A DNA stretch of 64,000 bases from IMG/VR virus record IMGVR_UViG_3300016471_001132, positions 32,001 through 96,000 of that record; one strand, written 5' to 3'. Position numbers and translations under genes: made by a program. Positions 27,235 to 36,483 of this stretch are shown here, in pieces; the first letter of the stretch is position 1, and the number at the start of each line of letters is the position of its first letter. The DNA is from a virus. The notes under the pieces were generated by a model. That model was not told the origin of the DNA, ran no database searches, and saw nothing but the letters and a program-made list of their open reading frames with translations.

Positions 27235-27918
27235 TTAGTATATTTTGATGGGCAGTGTTTTTCTCACTATGTGTCCCAGAGCCAAGGCCAACAGGGTGAG
27301 CACACCGGAATCATTGTGATCGACGAAGTAATGATCATTGAGATGCAGTTGCGTATCGCTGTCCAACCACGCATCCAAACTTGGGCTCAGTCTGATATCA
27401 GTTTGATTTCTCAACACAGTGCGCAGATTGTTTTTCTGCGACAAAGTCACTGCGGACCAGCGGAAATAAGTGCGTTGTTGATAGTCGCTGCGCTTGAGAT
27501 TGATAGCTCCGGGATTTCCTGTGAGTTGAGCCTTTGATAGTTGTCCAGAATTTTTTCCATACGATGCAATGAGCTGGTCTCCCACCGACGAGTCGTTGGT
27601 ATAAAGGTGCAACCAGTCACTGTGGAGCATGATCTTGACACTGTCCCCAAGGGACATGATATAATCCAAAACATTGTGTAAATTCTGGGATTCTTCCTCT
27701 GTGATATCCATCCGCGACCACAACCAGCTGCCTGGTTGCTGGGACATTTTTTGTCCCCACTCTCGCCGATTTTGCAATACCTTGTCCATCACGGCGTGAG
27801 ATCGATGACGCAATACAAAGGCTTCACGCAGTCGGATCGTGGCACAGAATTCGTACTTTCCGAAAAACAGCGTGCTGCGTTTTTTTGTGGATATTTTAAC
27901 TGACAACGATGTATCCAT
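27235..27918 (-). CDS. Hypothetical protein
   Basis: 227 aa following clpA. Confidence 0.7.
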   Translation of the reverse strand: MDTSLSVKISTKKRSTLFFGKYEFCATIRLREAFVLRHRSHAVMDKVLQNRREWGQKMSQQPGSWLWSRMDITEEESQNLHNVLDYIMSLGDSVKIMLHSDWLHLYTNDSSVGDQLIASYGKNSGQLSKAQLTGNPGAINLKRSDYQQRTYFRWSAVTLSQKNNLRTVLRNQTDIRLSPSLDAWLDSDTQLHLNDHYFVDHNDSGVLTLLALALGHIVRKTLPIKIY

Positions 27919-30157
27919 TGGGATCTACCACAGGTTGTGCACCGTCGGCTGTTGTATCAAAAACGATTTCACCACCTTTGATATCCACAGTGATCGAACA
28001 ATCTTTGAGCCTATCGAACAAGATGCGCTTGCTCAGTGGCACCCGAATCAGTTCATCGATCTTACGGTTCAAGGGTCTAGCACCCATGCGGCTGTCATAG
28101 CCTTTGTCGGCTAGATATTCCACTGCGGCTTCGGTGAGGTTCAACCGGATGTTCTTGTCTGCCAGTCCTGTGCGCAGTTGATCCATGAACTTGATCACGA
28201 TCTTCTTGATGGCCAGCATGTCCAGTTTGGAGAATTTCACCGTGGCGTCGATCCTGTTGCGCATCTCCGGACGGAAAAAATCTTTAAGCGCACGATCTTC
28301 TGAGCCTGTACGCTCGAGATCTTGACCGAAACCGATGTTGTTGTTTTCGTTGTCGCGAGCACCCAAATTAGATGTCATGATGATGATGGTGTTTTTGCAG
28401 TCAACCGTCTTGCCGTTGCTGGATGTGATCCTACCTTCGTCCAACATCTGTAGCAGGATGTTAGAAACATCTGGGTGTGCTTTTTCTATCTCGTCGAACA
28501 GGATGATGGCGTAAGGATTCTTGGTCAGATCGGAAATGAGTTTGCCTCCACCTACATTACCGTCTTGGAAACCCACATATCCCGGGGGAGCACCGATCAG
28601 GCTGCTGACAGTATGTTTTTCCTGATACTCACTCATGTCATATTTCAACAATGGCATGTCCAGATACTTCTCCAGCAAGCGAGCCAGTTCTGTTTTTCCT
28701 GTGCCGGTGGGCCCTATGAACAGGAAACTGGCCATGGGCCGGCTGCCGGGCCCGATTCCGGCGTAATTGATGTATATACGCTCCAGCACAGTATCTACCG
28801 CGGTGTCTTGTCCATGTAGATATTGCTTGATGTTGATGTCTAGATCCCTGATGCGGTCAGTGATATCGTTGCGCAATCGATCCAGTGGCACTCCTACTAC
28901 TCTACTGACCTGGGCCTGGATCATGTCCCGTGTGATGGTCACTGTGCCTGCATCCTTCACACGCTCACGAGCACATGCACCATCTAAGAGATCGATGCTC
29001 TTGTCGGGATTCTTTTTGTCATGGATATATCTTCCTGACAACTCAACCGCTGCTGTCATGGCTTCTGTTTCAATCATGACATCGTGGAATGTTTCTAGTC
29101 TGGGGCTCAAGCCGATCAGGATCTGTTCCGTGACTGCGGCAGTGGGTTCGTCTATGCTGAGTCTATGGAATCGGCGCATCAACGCCCGATCCTGCTCAAA
29201 GCTTTCGTAATATTCTTCCCATGTAGTGCTGGCAATCACTTTGAGATGTCCTTTGGTGATAGCCGGTTTGATCATGTTGGCGAAGTCTAGGCTGCTTTGT
29301 GAACTGGCCCCTGCGCCTTTCATGGTGTGCGCTTCGTCGATAAACAGAACACAGTTCTTTTTGGATTCTAGCGCAGTGATCACTACCTTGAGCTTTTCTT
29401 CGAACTCGCCACGATATTTAGATCCAGCCAACAGGCCACCGATCTCCAAGCTCCATACTTCGTGATTCTTGAGGAACCTGGGCACATCGTTTTGGGCGAT
29501 CCGTTGTGCCAAACCTTCTACGATGGCTGTCTTGCCCACCCCGGGGTCTCCCACCATGAGCACATTGGCCTTGAATCGTCGGGCCAACACCGTGACCATT
29601 TCTTCGACTTCGGTGTCGCGACCGATCATGGGTTCCAGTCTGTCTTGTTTGGCCAGTTCAGTGAGATTGGTGCAATATTCTTCCAGGATCTCCTGGGCCT
29701 GCTGGTCAGTGATTTTGTGCCCTGTATGGTTGTAATTTTTTTCCCAGAAGGTCACGAACTCTTGTTTGGTCACACCGTACTTCAAAAAGAAGTAATGTGC
29801 ATGGCTGTTGGTTTCGCTCATCATGGCCAGGAACAGATCCGCAGTGGTCATGGTCCGTCTGCCAGTGAACAGCACTTGTGTCAGGGCGCGATTGAACACC
29901 CTTTCCAGCGAATTGGTTTTCCTGGGATTTACTTCGGCATCGTTCGTGGTCAAGTTTTGCAAAGAGCCAAGATAATTTTCAACATCTTGTATCATGGTAC
30001 CAAGATCAGCACCAAATTTTTCCAAAACAGTTGCAAATGGTTGATGTTGCAAAAGACTGAGCATGAGGTGCTCTGTGAGCACATAACGATGGCCGCGTTC
30101 TTTGGCCAACTTCATAGCATTTTCAATGATGTGCTCGATTTCAGGATTATTCTGCAT
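27896..30157 (-). CDS. clpA: Clp protease ATP-binding subunit ClpA
   Basis: Clp-N domain; two AAA+ modules GDPGVGKT/FIDEAH and GPTGTGKT/FDEIEKAHP. Confidence 0.92.
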   Translation of the reverse strand: MQNNPEIEHIIENAMKLAKERGHRYVLTEHLMLSLLQHQPFATVLEKFGADLGTMIQDVENYLGSLQNLTTNDAEVNPRKTNSLERVFNRALTQVLFTGRRTMTTADLFLAMMSETNSHAHYFFLKYGVTKQEFVTFWEKNYNHTGHKITDQQAQEILEEYCTNLTELAKQDRLEPMIGRDTEVEEMVTVLARRFKANVLMVGDPGVGKTAIVEGLAQRIAQNDVPRFLKNHEVWSLEIGGLLAGSKYRGEFEEKLKVVITALESKKNCVLFIDEAHTMKGAGASSQSSLDFANMIKPAITKGHLKVIASTTWEEYYESFEQDRALMRRFHRLSIDEPTAAVTEQILIGLSPRLETFHDVMIETEAMTAAVELSGRYIHDKKNPDKSIDLLDGACARERVKDAGTVTITRDMIQAQVSRVVGVPLDRLRNDITDRIRDLDINIKQYLHGQDTAVDTVLERIYINYAGIGPGSRPMASFLFIGPTGTGKTELARLLEKYLDMPLLKYDMSEYQEKHTVSSLIGAPPGYVGFQDGNVGGGKLISDLTKNPYAIILFDEIEKAHPDVSNILLQMLDEGRITSSNGKTVDCKNTIIIMTSNLGARDNENNNIGFGQDLERTGSEDRALKDFFRPEMRNRIDATVKFSKLDMLAIKKIVIKFMDQLRTGLADKNIRLNLTEAAVEYLADKGYDSRMGARPLNRKIDELIRVPLSKRILFDRLKDCSITVDIKGGEIVFDTTADGAQPVVDPNGYIVVS

Positions 30158-30587
30158 GCTTTTCCTTTTGTCTATCATACATGGTTACGCCATCCAAATG
30201 ATCCAGTTCATGCTGGAAACATCTTGCTTCTAATCCCACGAGATCTTCCTCTATCCACAGCCCTTGGGCATCTTGATAGCGGACACTTATGGCATCGGGT
30301 CGTGTTATTGTACATGATTCTCCGGGAAAACTCAAGCAACCTTCTGCATATTTGGTTAATACGGTGCTACTTTGGATGATCTCCGGGTTGAAACACACAC
30401 GGGCCCTATCTTCAACTTCCATGACAAACAATCTAAGACTGTGCCCTATCTGTGGAGCTGCCAGTCCAATGGCCCTATGTTGCTGCATGAATTGGATCAT
30501 TTGTTTGACTAGACTTTGATTTTTATGCGGCCAGACAAAGTCGACGGTTTTGGCCTTTTTGTACAGGACTCTTTTGGTCAGCTTCAT
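30147..30587 (-). CDS. def: Peptide deformylase
   Basis: GLAAPQIG, EGCLS, QHELDH motifs. Confidence 0.95.
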   Translation of the reverse strand: MKLTKRVLYKKAKTVDFVWPHKNQSLVKQMIQFMQQHRAIGLAAPQIGHSLRLFVMEVEDRARVCFNPEIIQSSTVLTKYAEGCLSFPGESCTITRPDAISVRYQDAQGLWIEEDLVGLEARCFQHELDHLDGVTMYDRQKEKHAE

Positions 30588-30595
30588 TGAAATAT

Positions 30596-31387
30596 TTATT
30601 GGCCGCGCTCTTTCCTGACAGCATCTAGAAAATGATCGCTGAATCTATCCGGAATTTTTACGGATAATCGTACCATAATATCTCCCACTCGATTGGTGGA
30701 TTTACCAGGGATAGTGCTGGGTGGAATCCCTTGTGCTCGCATCCTTAGGCTGGTACCAGGTTGGGTACCTGCGGGCACAGTCAGCATGAGCTCACGACCA
30801 CGCACATCGCGAACTGTGATCTGTCCACCCAATATGAGATCATACAAGGGCACTGGTATCTCTGTGATTAGATCTTGTCCTTCCCGTTGCCATCCGGGTT
30901 CGGGTCTGATGCGATAATTGATGATGAGATCTGCCCCGCCTGGTGCCAGTCCAGGGTATCGTATGGTATCATTTTCAGCCACCCCCTGTGGGATGTCGAT
31001 CTGTATGTGGCTGACCTGATCGCCTAACTGCAATGCCACTGTTCTTGGTCCACCCTCTATGACATCTTTGAGGGTCACCCACAGTGTCATCCTAGGAACT
31101 CTGGGATTGTGCCCTCGTAGATTCGCACCAAACATGTTGAAGATCTGGTCGAAATCGAATCCGCCTTGTGCAAAATTCACATGTACACCGGACGGCATGG
31201 GATTGTCGTACTGTTGGCGCTGTTCCGGGTCTCCCAGTATATTGTACGCTTCCTGTATCTCCTGGAATCGTGCTTTATCGCCGCCCTTGTCTGGATGATG
31301 CTGACTGGCCAACTTCCTATAGGCCCGTTTGATATCTTCGGCGGTGGCTGTTTTTGGCACACCAAGAATTTGGTAATAATTCTTCAC
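30596..31387 (-). CDS. DnaJ/CbpA-type co-chaperone
   Basis: J-domain with HPD; C-terminal DnaJ_C; no Zn finger. Confidence 0.92.
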   Translation of the reverse strand: MKNYYQILGVPKTATAEDIKRAYRKLASQHHPDKGGDKARFQEIQEAYNILGDPEQRQQYDNPMPSGVHVNFAQGGFDFDQIFNMFGANLRGHNPRVPRMTLWVTLKDVIEGGPRTVALQLGDQVSHIQIDIPQGVAENDTIRYPGLAPGGADLIINYRIRPEPGWQREGQDLITEIPVPLYDLILGGQITVRDVRGRELMLTVPAGTQPGTSLRMRAQGIPPSTIPGKSTNRVGDIMVRLSVKIPDRFSDHFLDAVRKERGQ

Positions 31388-31393
31388 AATGGA

Positions 31394-31422
31394 ATTATAG
31401 CACGACCTTGATCAATGGTCAA
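31394..31422 (-). promoter_or_regulatory. Sigma70-type promoter
   Basis: TTGACC-17-TATAAT. Confidence 0.8.
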
Positions 31423-31773
31423 TCAAGACGGGTTTGGGGGTGGCGGGGACGAAGATTGTTCTTTGATATTGAGCCATTTGTTGACCAAGGCATTGCCAGC
31501 CCAGGCGGCCATGTAACCGGCAAAATACCACTCAGAAAATCTCTGGTCCACGATGAGATAAACGAAACCCCAGGTAGACACCAAAAAGGTAACGAAGCGC
31601 ATGAATTTGGCTTCATTGAGGCGGCCATTGGTACAAACTAGATCTTTGATATCAACCTGGTTGTCTTTGTCTCGCTGTATGTTCCAGATGATCATGATGA
31701 ACACGATAGCGACAAATGCCAGCACCAGGTTCATCCCGTGAGAGGGTTGCATGGCATTTATTATTTCGTTCAT
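31423..31773 (-). CDS. Small multi-TM protein, holin candidate
   Basis: 2-3 hydrophobic helices; last gene of the endolysin-spanin run. Confidence 0.5.
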   Translation of the reverse strand: MNEIINAMQPSHGMNLVLAFVAIVFIMIIWNIQRDKDNQVDIKDLVCTNGRLNEAKFMRFVTFLVSTWGFVYLIVDQRFSEWYFAGYMAAWAGNALVNKWLNIKEQSSSPPPPNPS

Positions 31774-32147
31774 TTCTTATCTTCTGTGGGTTTTTTGGGT
31801 TCGTAATACTCGCGATATTTCACGATGATATCTCGCTGTTGCGCGATGAATGCACGGATCTGCGCCATGTCCACAGCCAGTTCTTCATAGCCGTCGTCGG
31901 TCAAAGCAAACAATACCATGTCGGTGTTTTTTGATTTGAGATCAGAAAAGACCTGGGCAGAATTTTCGGGCGTGATGATGATCCATTGTGGCACGCTGGG
32001 TTTAAGAGGTTGCGGATCGGCGAGATTCAAAGGTGTGCGTTCCTGGGCCTTTTTGCGGATCTCGATAGGTTCCACATTGTTCCACCCAAACATAGCACAG
32101 CCTTGCAGGCTCACGGCCATGAATGCTAGAGCTAAGATTTTCTTCAT
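31770..32147 (-). CDS. o-spanin (outer-membrane lipoprotein)
   Basis: Lipobox LQGC; ATGA overlap with the i-spanin. Confidence 0.8.
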   Translation of the reverse strand: MKKILALAFMAVSLQGCAMFGWNNVEPIEIRKKAQERTPLNLADPQPLKPSVPQWIIITPENSAQVFSDLKSKNTDMVLFALTDDGYEELAVDMAQIRAFIAQQRDIIVKYREYYEPKKPTEDKK

Positions 32148-32638
32148 TGCGATGCCTTGTAGTTGGGATTGGCTATGGCCGGACATTCTTTGTTGATCTC
32201 ACTGGCAGTCTTGGCCGCGAGTTCTGCCTCGGTACGAGGTGCGCCTGATGCTATTTCCAAACAGCGCATGGCATTCTTGGTTCCACGATTGACCAGCCTC
32301 TCCACTAACTCGGGTTTTTCCTTGGCGAACTGACCAAAGTCTCTGGGCTGTCCCTTGGCGTCCTGGCTGAACTTTTTGCTCAAGGCATCAACTTCAGCTC
32401 GGTGTTTGTTGGAAGTTTCAGTGAGTTCCCTGTTGATGTCTTGGATTTTGGCGATGTCTTCTGTCATCTGTTTCATCAAGGCCTGTTGCTCTTGTATGCC
32501 TTCTTGCAAGCGGCGCGAGTTTTCCTGGCTGATGGCCAAATCGGCCTTGAGATTCATCACATACCAACCACCAGCAGCCAAGATCACCACGATGACCAAG
32601 GCCACTATGGCTTTGATGGCAGCACCAATGCCAAACAT
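32144..32638 (-). CDS. i-spanin
   Basis: N-terminal TM plus coiled coil; directly after the endolysin. Confidence 0.8.
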   Translation of the reverse strand: MFGIGAAIKAIVALVIVVILAAGGWYVMNLKADLAISQENSRRLQEGIQEQQALMKQMTEDIAKIQDINRELTETSNKHRAEVDALSKKFSQDAKGQPRDFGQFAKEKPELVERLVNRGTKNAMRCLEIASGAPRTEAELAAKTASEINKECPAIANPNYKASQ

Positions 32639-33102
32639 CAGGCAATGAGTCCTTGCTTGTATACGGTTTTGCCGTTTTCTCTCATGGCGGTCATGACTTG
32701 ACGCTTGAGGTTGTTGGGATCATAGCTGACATGAACCCAACCCGAATCGGGGACGCCAGGTGTGTAGAACTCCAGGATCAGCTGGGTGAACTGGAAATAC
32801 TCGGCGATATATTTGGCTAGATCAGCATTGGGCACACCAGGGATCTCGATGTCAGCAGCTTGACCTTTGCAATGGTCTGAGGTGCGGCTTCCGCCCACTG
32901 CAGCATTGACTTCAGGCGCGCGATAGCCCGAGTTGACTTTGATTCCGCGACCATAAGCGGTGCGCAGGGGTTGCAAGATTTGTTCGCATAATAGGCGTAG
33001 ATTTTCAATCACATCCTCTGGTGGAGTGTTGTCCAGTCCGTGGCGCAGAGCTGTTTCGCTCTTGATCATCTCATTGAGACTGAAGTTTTCTGTGAGTTGC
33101 AT
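32638..33102 (-). CDS. Peptidase M15A endolysin
   Basis: NSGYR, SDHCKGQAADI, WVHVS. Confidence 0.88.
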   Translation of the reverse strand: MQLTENFSLNEMIKSETALRHGLDNTPPEDVIENLRLLCEQILQPLRTAYGRGIKVNSGYRAPEVNAAVGGSRTSDHCKGQAADIEIPGVPNADLAKYIAEYFQFTQLILEFYTPGVPDSGWVHVSYDPNNLKRQVMTAMRENGKTVYKQGLIA

Positions 33103-33126
33103 AGTTGGCTCCTATTGGAACCGTAT

Positions 33127-33327
33127 TTAGCTTCTGCCCCAATGCACCCGATTCCATGCTCTTTCATGCAAGAAATACAAGATGAAGTTGACCACGAGTT
33201 GTACAGCAGCGATAGTACCGGCTATGGAGATATCTGCTGCTATAATGAAACTGATGATAAAAGTAGCCAAGCTGGCAGTGAAACGCCAGCTGACAGCTTT
33301 GGCCCAACTTCTCTTGGATGAATCCAC
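33127..33327 (-). CDS. Small membrane protein (DUF2061-like)
   Basis: RSWAKAVSWR ... LYFLHERAW. Confidence 0.75.
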   Translation of the reverse strand: MDSSKRSWAKAVSWRFTASLATFIISFIIAADISIAGTIAAVQLVVNFILYFLHERAWNRVHWGRS

Positions 33328-33740
33328 TACAGTTTACCCTCTGCCCTTAGTTGTGCTCGTATCTGTGTAGCACTGATGGCATGTATCTCTTCGCCAAGGT
33401 CATGCTGTGTGAAGGTGTAGCCCACACCACGACCATAGCTGATGTCCACGATGTTGGGCACCTGCATGATGATGTACTCTTCACCGTAGTCAAATCCTTC
33501 AGAGGCCAATGCTGTCTTGATGTTTTCAACCACTGTATCGTAATCAAAGGGATTGTCGGTCTGTGCTGCTGTACGGCCACCACCAGCATCTGCACCAACG
33601 ATACCGCCCACATCACGGATCTGGATGCAGACTTGACCAGTCTCCAACAATGCTTTCTTGAACAAGGCCGTGTGCCCCGGATGCCACGGTTGCCAACGGC
33701 CCAGCATTTGTGTGGTGGGTTTTTTTGGGTCAAAACTCAT
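33327..33740 (-). CDS. HIGH-family cytidyltransferase-like protein
   Basis: MLGRWQPWHPGH, ISATQIR. Confidence 0.8.
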   Translation of the reverse strand: MSFDPKKPTTQMLGRWQPWHPGHTALFKKALLETGQVCIQIRDVGGIVGADAGGGRTAAQTDNPFDYDTVVENIKTALASEGFDYGEEYIIMQVPNIVDISYGRGVGYTFTQHDLGEEIHAISATQIRAQLRAEGKL

Positions 33741-34168
33741 CGGATATCTCCTATGTATTTGGCCACTACTTGGGCTAACTGAGCATGTGTATCATTGAAC
33801 CAGCCTTTAACATGATAGTCACATTTCGCTGGAGGTTCAAACATACGGTTGGTATCTTCGAATCGACCTTCCTTGATGGTGTCCATCCAGATCACATAAT
33901 CAGCGTTAAACTGTTCTCGGGCTTTTTCTGTGGGGCAGACGAAATCTGCTACAGCGATCTTTCCGGCTTTGACCACACCGTCTGCGAGATACTTCATTCG
34001 CATGGCTTGGCGCATACGACCTTCGGGGCTGAAATCCCAATCGCTGTATTCTTCACGGATCTGATCGGCATTGAGCCATACTCCGCCGATCAGTCGGGCA
34101 AACGGTTCGGCTAGTGTTGATTTTCCGGACCCAGGAAGACCCATGATAAGGATGCGTTTTATCGTCAT
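33737..34168 (-). CDS. Adenylyl-sulfate kinase-like P-loop kinase (shortened lid)
   Basis: GLPGSGKST, LNADQIRE, DFSPEGRMRQ, DFVCPT. Confidence 0.75.
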   Translation of the reverse strand: MTIKRILIMGLPGSGKSTLAEPFARLIGGVWLNADQIREEYSDWDFSPEGRMRQAMRMKYLADGVVKAGKIAVADFVCPTEKAREQFNADYVIWMDTIKEGRFEDTNRMFEPPAKCDYHVKGWFNDTHAQLAQVVAKYIGDIR

Positions 34169-34169
34169 G

Positions 34170-35138
34170 TTATTTGCTTTGGTTAAAGTCCATCTTCTGC
34201 GCTATAGGCAACCATACTTGTCGAAGTTCCAACATGCTTTTCTTGTATCCATCTGGAGTCAATTCACGTTCTTCTACAAACATAAGATTTTCGTTGAAAA
34301 ATCGGCGTGCTGTTTCGCTCCGTATCGCTTTTACGAAGTTGTCCGTATACCATTTAGTTATTTCAGGAGGTGTTCCCTTGGGTAATAAAATACCCCATCC
34401 TGCATAGACATTGGCGCCGGGAATCACGGAATTCATTAAAGGCACGTCTGGTATTTTAGACAGCTTCTGATTGCCAAAAATGCCGATATATTTGACTTTA
34501 TCTGCCTTGACCAATCCGTAGGCCACTGCTGCTGGTATGATCCCAAAATCCACGTGTTTGCCTGCCACATCATTACCCGCTGGTGCAGGACCTTTGTAAG
34601 AAACTGCAGTTACCATATTCCGGCGTGCTTTAGTATGATTCATCATATATTCGTAGGCCAACTTGTGGGCGCTGGCACCCACAGCGATACTCACAGGATG
34701 AGAACTTGACTCGATCAATTTTATAAATTCTTGTGGAGTGTTGACAGGGCTATCTGATGGAGCAATCAAGGCCAAGGGACTTTTTGCGATGTTGACAGTG
34801 TATTCAAAACTATCGGGTGTGAATTTGATGACATTTTTGGAGATCACATCGGCCATTACCCAGGTTCCTTGTTGGCTAGCGATATTGATAGTGTGACCAT
34901 CCGGCGGAGACGCTACGAGATTGTTGAGACTGATGGCTGCATCTGCTCCCGGCTGATTGATGACGATAAACTTGGCACCCGTGGTTTTTTCTACTTCCCG
35001 GGCAACTGCACGAAAACTCATTTCATTTCCGGATCCAGGGGCAAATCCTATCAATACATCAATGGGTTTTGTTGGTTGCCAGGCCAGAGAGGTGGTGGTT
35101 GTCAGCGCCAACATCGCTGCTGCAAAAAAATTCTTCAT
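34170..35138 (-). CDS. Tripartite tricarboxylate transporter substrate-binding protein (Bug/TctC)
   Basis: Signal peptide; KPIDVLIGFAPGSGN, INQPGA, PDGHTI, YKGPAPA, PDVP. Confidence 0.88.
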   Translation of the reverse strand: MKNFFAAAMLALTTTTSLAWQPTKPIDVLIGFAPGSGNEMSFRAVAREVEKTTGAKFIVINQPGADAAISLNNLVASPPDGHTINIASQQGTWVMADVISKNVIKFTPDSFEYTVNIAKSPLALIAPSDSPVNTPQEFIKLIESSSHPVSIAVGASAHKLAYEYMMNHTKARRNMVTAVSYKGPAPAGNDVAGKHVDFGIIPAAVAYGLVKADKVKYIGIFGNQKLSKIPDVPLMNSVIPGANVYAGWGILLPKGTPPEITKWYTDNFVKAIRSETARRFFNENLMFVEERELTPDGYKKSMLELRQVWLPIAQKMDFNQSK

Positions 35139-35156
35139 GATTTATCCTTTAAGTGT

Positions 35157-35738
35157 TTATTGTTTTAAACAACACACAAGGGTGTCTGCGAGACTGCTGG
35201 ATGGTGTTATTGCTTGTCCAAATGTGGACTCAAACCAGAGAGATGAAACGTGGTGCCAGGCAAGATTATGCTTTTGGCTGAACTGGAATATTGCAGAGTT
35301 CATCTGCGTTATTTCCGATAACATATTTACACTGTCGCGATAGTAGGGTCGATAATCTGGATGTTTGATCCCAAACCCACCGGCTTCGTGCCACCAAGCA
35401 TAGCAAGCCAGATCGGGTCTATAGACCATGGCGATCCAAGCATCAGGATAGCGTTCACGGATCTCATCGAGATGGTAGCACCATTCATGGCTTTTCAACA
35501 AGCGTGTGCCTTGGGTATGCTGGTAAGGCGCATCAAGGTTATCTTCGTCCAAGCTGATGTCATGTTCCCATCCTGTGCCAAAATACACACCCAGATGCCC
35601 TGTGAAATCGTGATGCTGATAACTGCGATCCGGTGTTCGATCGGTTGTGTTGAAGTTGCCGGCCCTTTCGATATCTTGAGCGATGCCGCTCCACCTGCTA
35701 CCGGGGGCGCCCACTAGGAATACTTTATCGGGCAACAT
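35157..35738 (-). CDS. Hypothetical, possible sulfotransferase-like P-loop protein
   Basis: VFLVGAPGSRWSG, LLKSH, MVYRP. Confidence 0.45.
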   Translation of the reverse strand: MLPDKVFLVGAPGSRWSGIAQDIERAGNFNTTDRTPDRSYQHHDFTGHLGVYFGTGWEHDISLDEDNLDAPYQHTQGTRLLKSHEWCYHLDEIRERYPDAWIAMVYRPDLACYAWWHEAGGFGIKHPDYRPYYRDSVNMLSEITQMNSAIFQFSQKHNLAWHHVSSLWFESTFGQAITPSSSLADTLVCCLKQ

Positions 35739-35958
35739 AGAGATAGATCAATCCTGGTATGATGATGAAGAACTGTGGTAGGAAATTGAAGACTATGGCC
35801 CGTTCCCGCCATTTGAGGCCGCAGTAGATCCAGCCGGCTGCACCGATCATCTGGAGTATACTATTCCAAGGGGTGATTCCTAACACATGCAGTACCATGG
35901 CACTAAGTATTGTGCTGGCACTAAACCATTTCACAAAGCGAGTTTTATCTGTATGCAT
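35725..35958 (-). CDS. Small membrane protein
   Basis: Three hydrophobic segments; start estimated at MHTDK. Confidence 0.65.
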   Translation of the reverse strand: MHTDKTRFVKWFSASTILSAMVLHVLGITPWNSILQMIGAAGWIYCGLKWRERAIVFNFLPQFFIIIPGLIYLYVAR

Positions 35959-36483
35959 GATCAAGAATATTTGAACGATTATTTTCGGAATCACTGGCGT
36001 CCCAACTTGGACGCTTTCGTATATAGTGGCTATGAACAGGTCGCGTCAAAAATACAAGCTCACGAATGGGTGCTGGATGTGGGATGTGGACGCAATCCTT
36101 TCAAAGCATTGTTACCGAATGTAGTTGGCATAGATCCTGCGTTCGACGACGCCGATTTCCTTGTCACCATCGAAGAATTCCAAGCCACTAAGAAATTTGA
36201 TGTTGCCACTTGCTTAGGCAGTCTCAACTTCGGCGACGATGCTGTGATAAGTCGACAGATATACAAGATGGTCAGTCATCTCAAAGACCACAGCAGAGTC
36301 TACTGGCGTCTCAATCCTGGACGCAGGGACCATGCTAGTGAAAAATGCCAAGGTATTCCATTCTATCCCTGGAGTCACCGGAGGTTGGGAGAATTTGCTG
36401 AGCTGTTTGATTTCCACCAGACCAACGAACAGACAGAAACCAATGGGCGTGTGGTCAGACTATACGCCGAATGGCATCGTTAA
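35953..36483 (+). CDS. Class I SAM-dependent methyltransferase
   Basis: VLDVGCGRN, GIDP, FDVATCLGSLNF. Confidence 0.8.
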   Translation: MHDQEYLNDYFRNHWRPNLDAFVYSGYEQVASKIQAHEWVLDVGCGRNPFKALLPNVVGIDPAFDDADFLVTIEEFQATKKFDVATCLGSLNFGDDAVISRQIYKMVSHLKDHSRVYWRLNPGRRDHASEKCQGIPFYPWSHRRLGEFAELFDFHQTNEQTETNGRVVRLYAEWHR

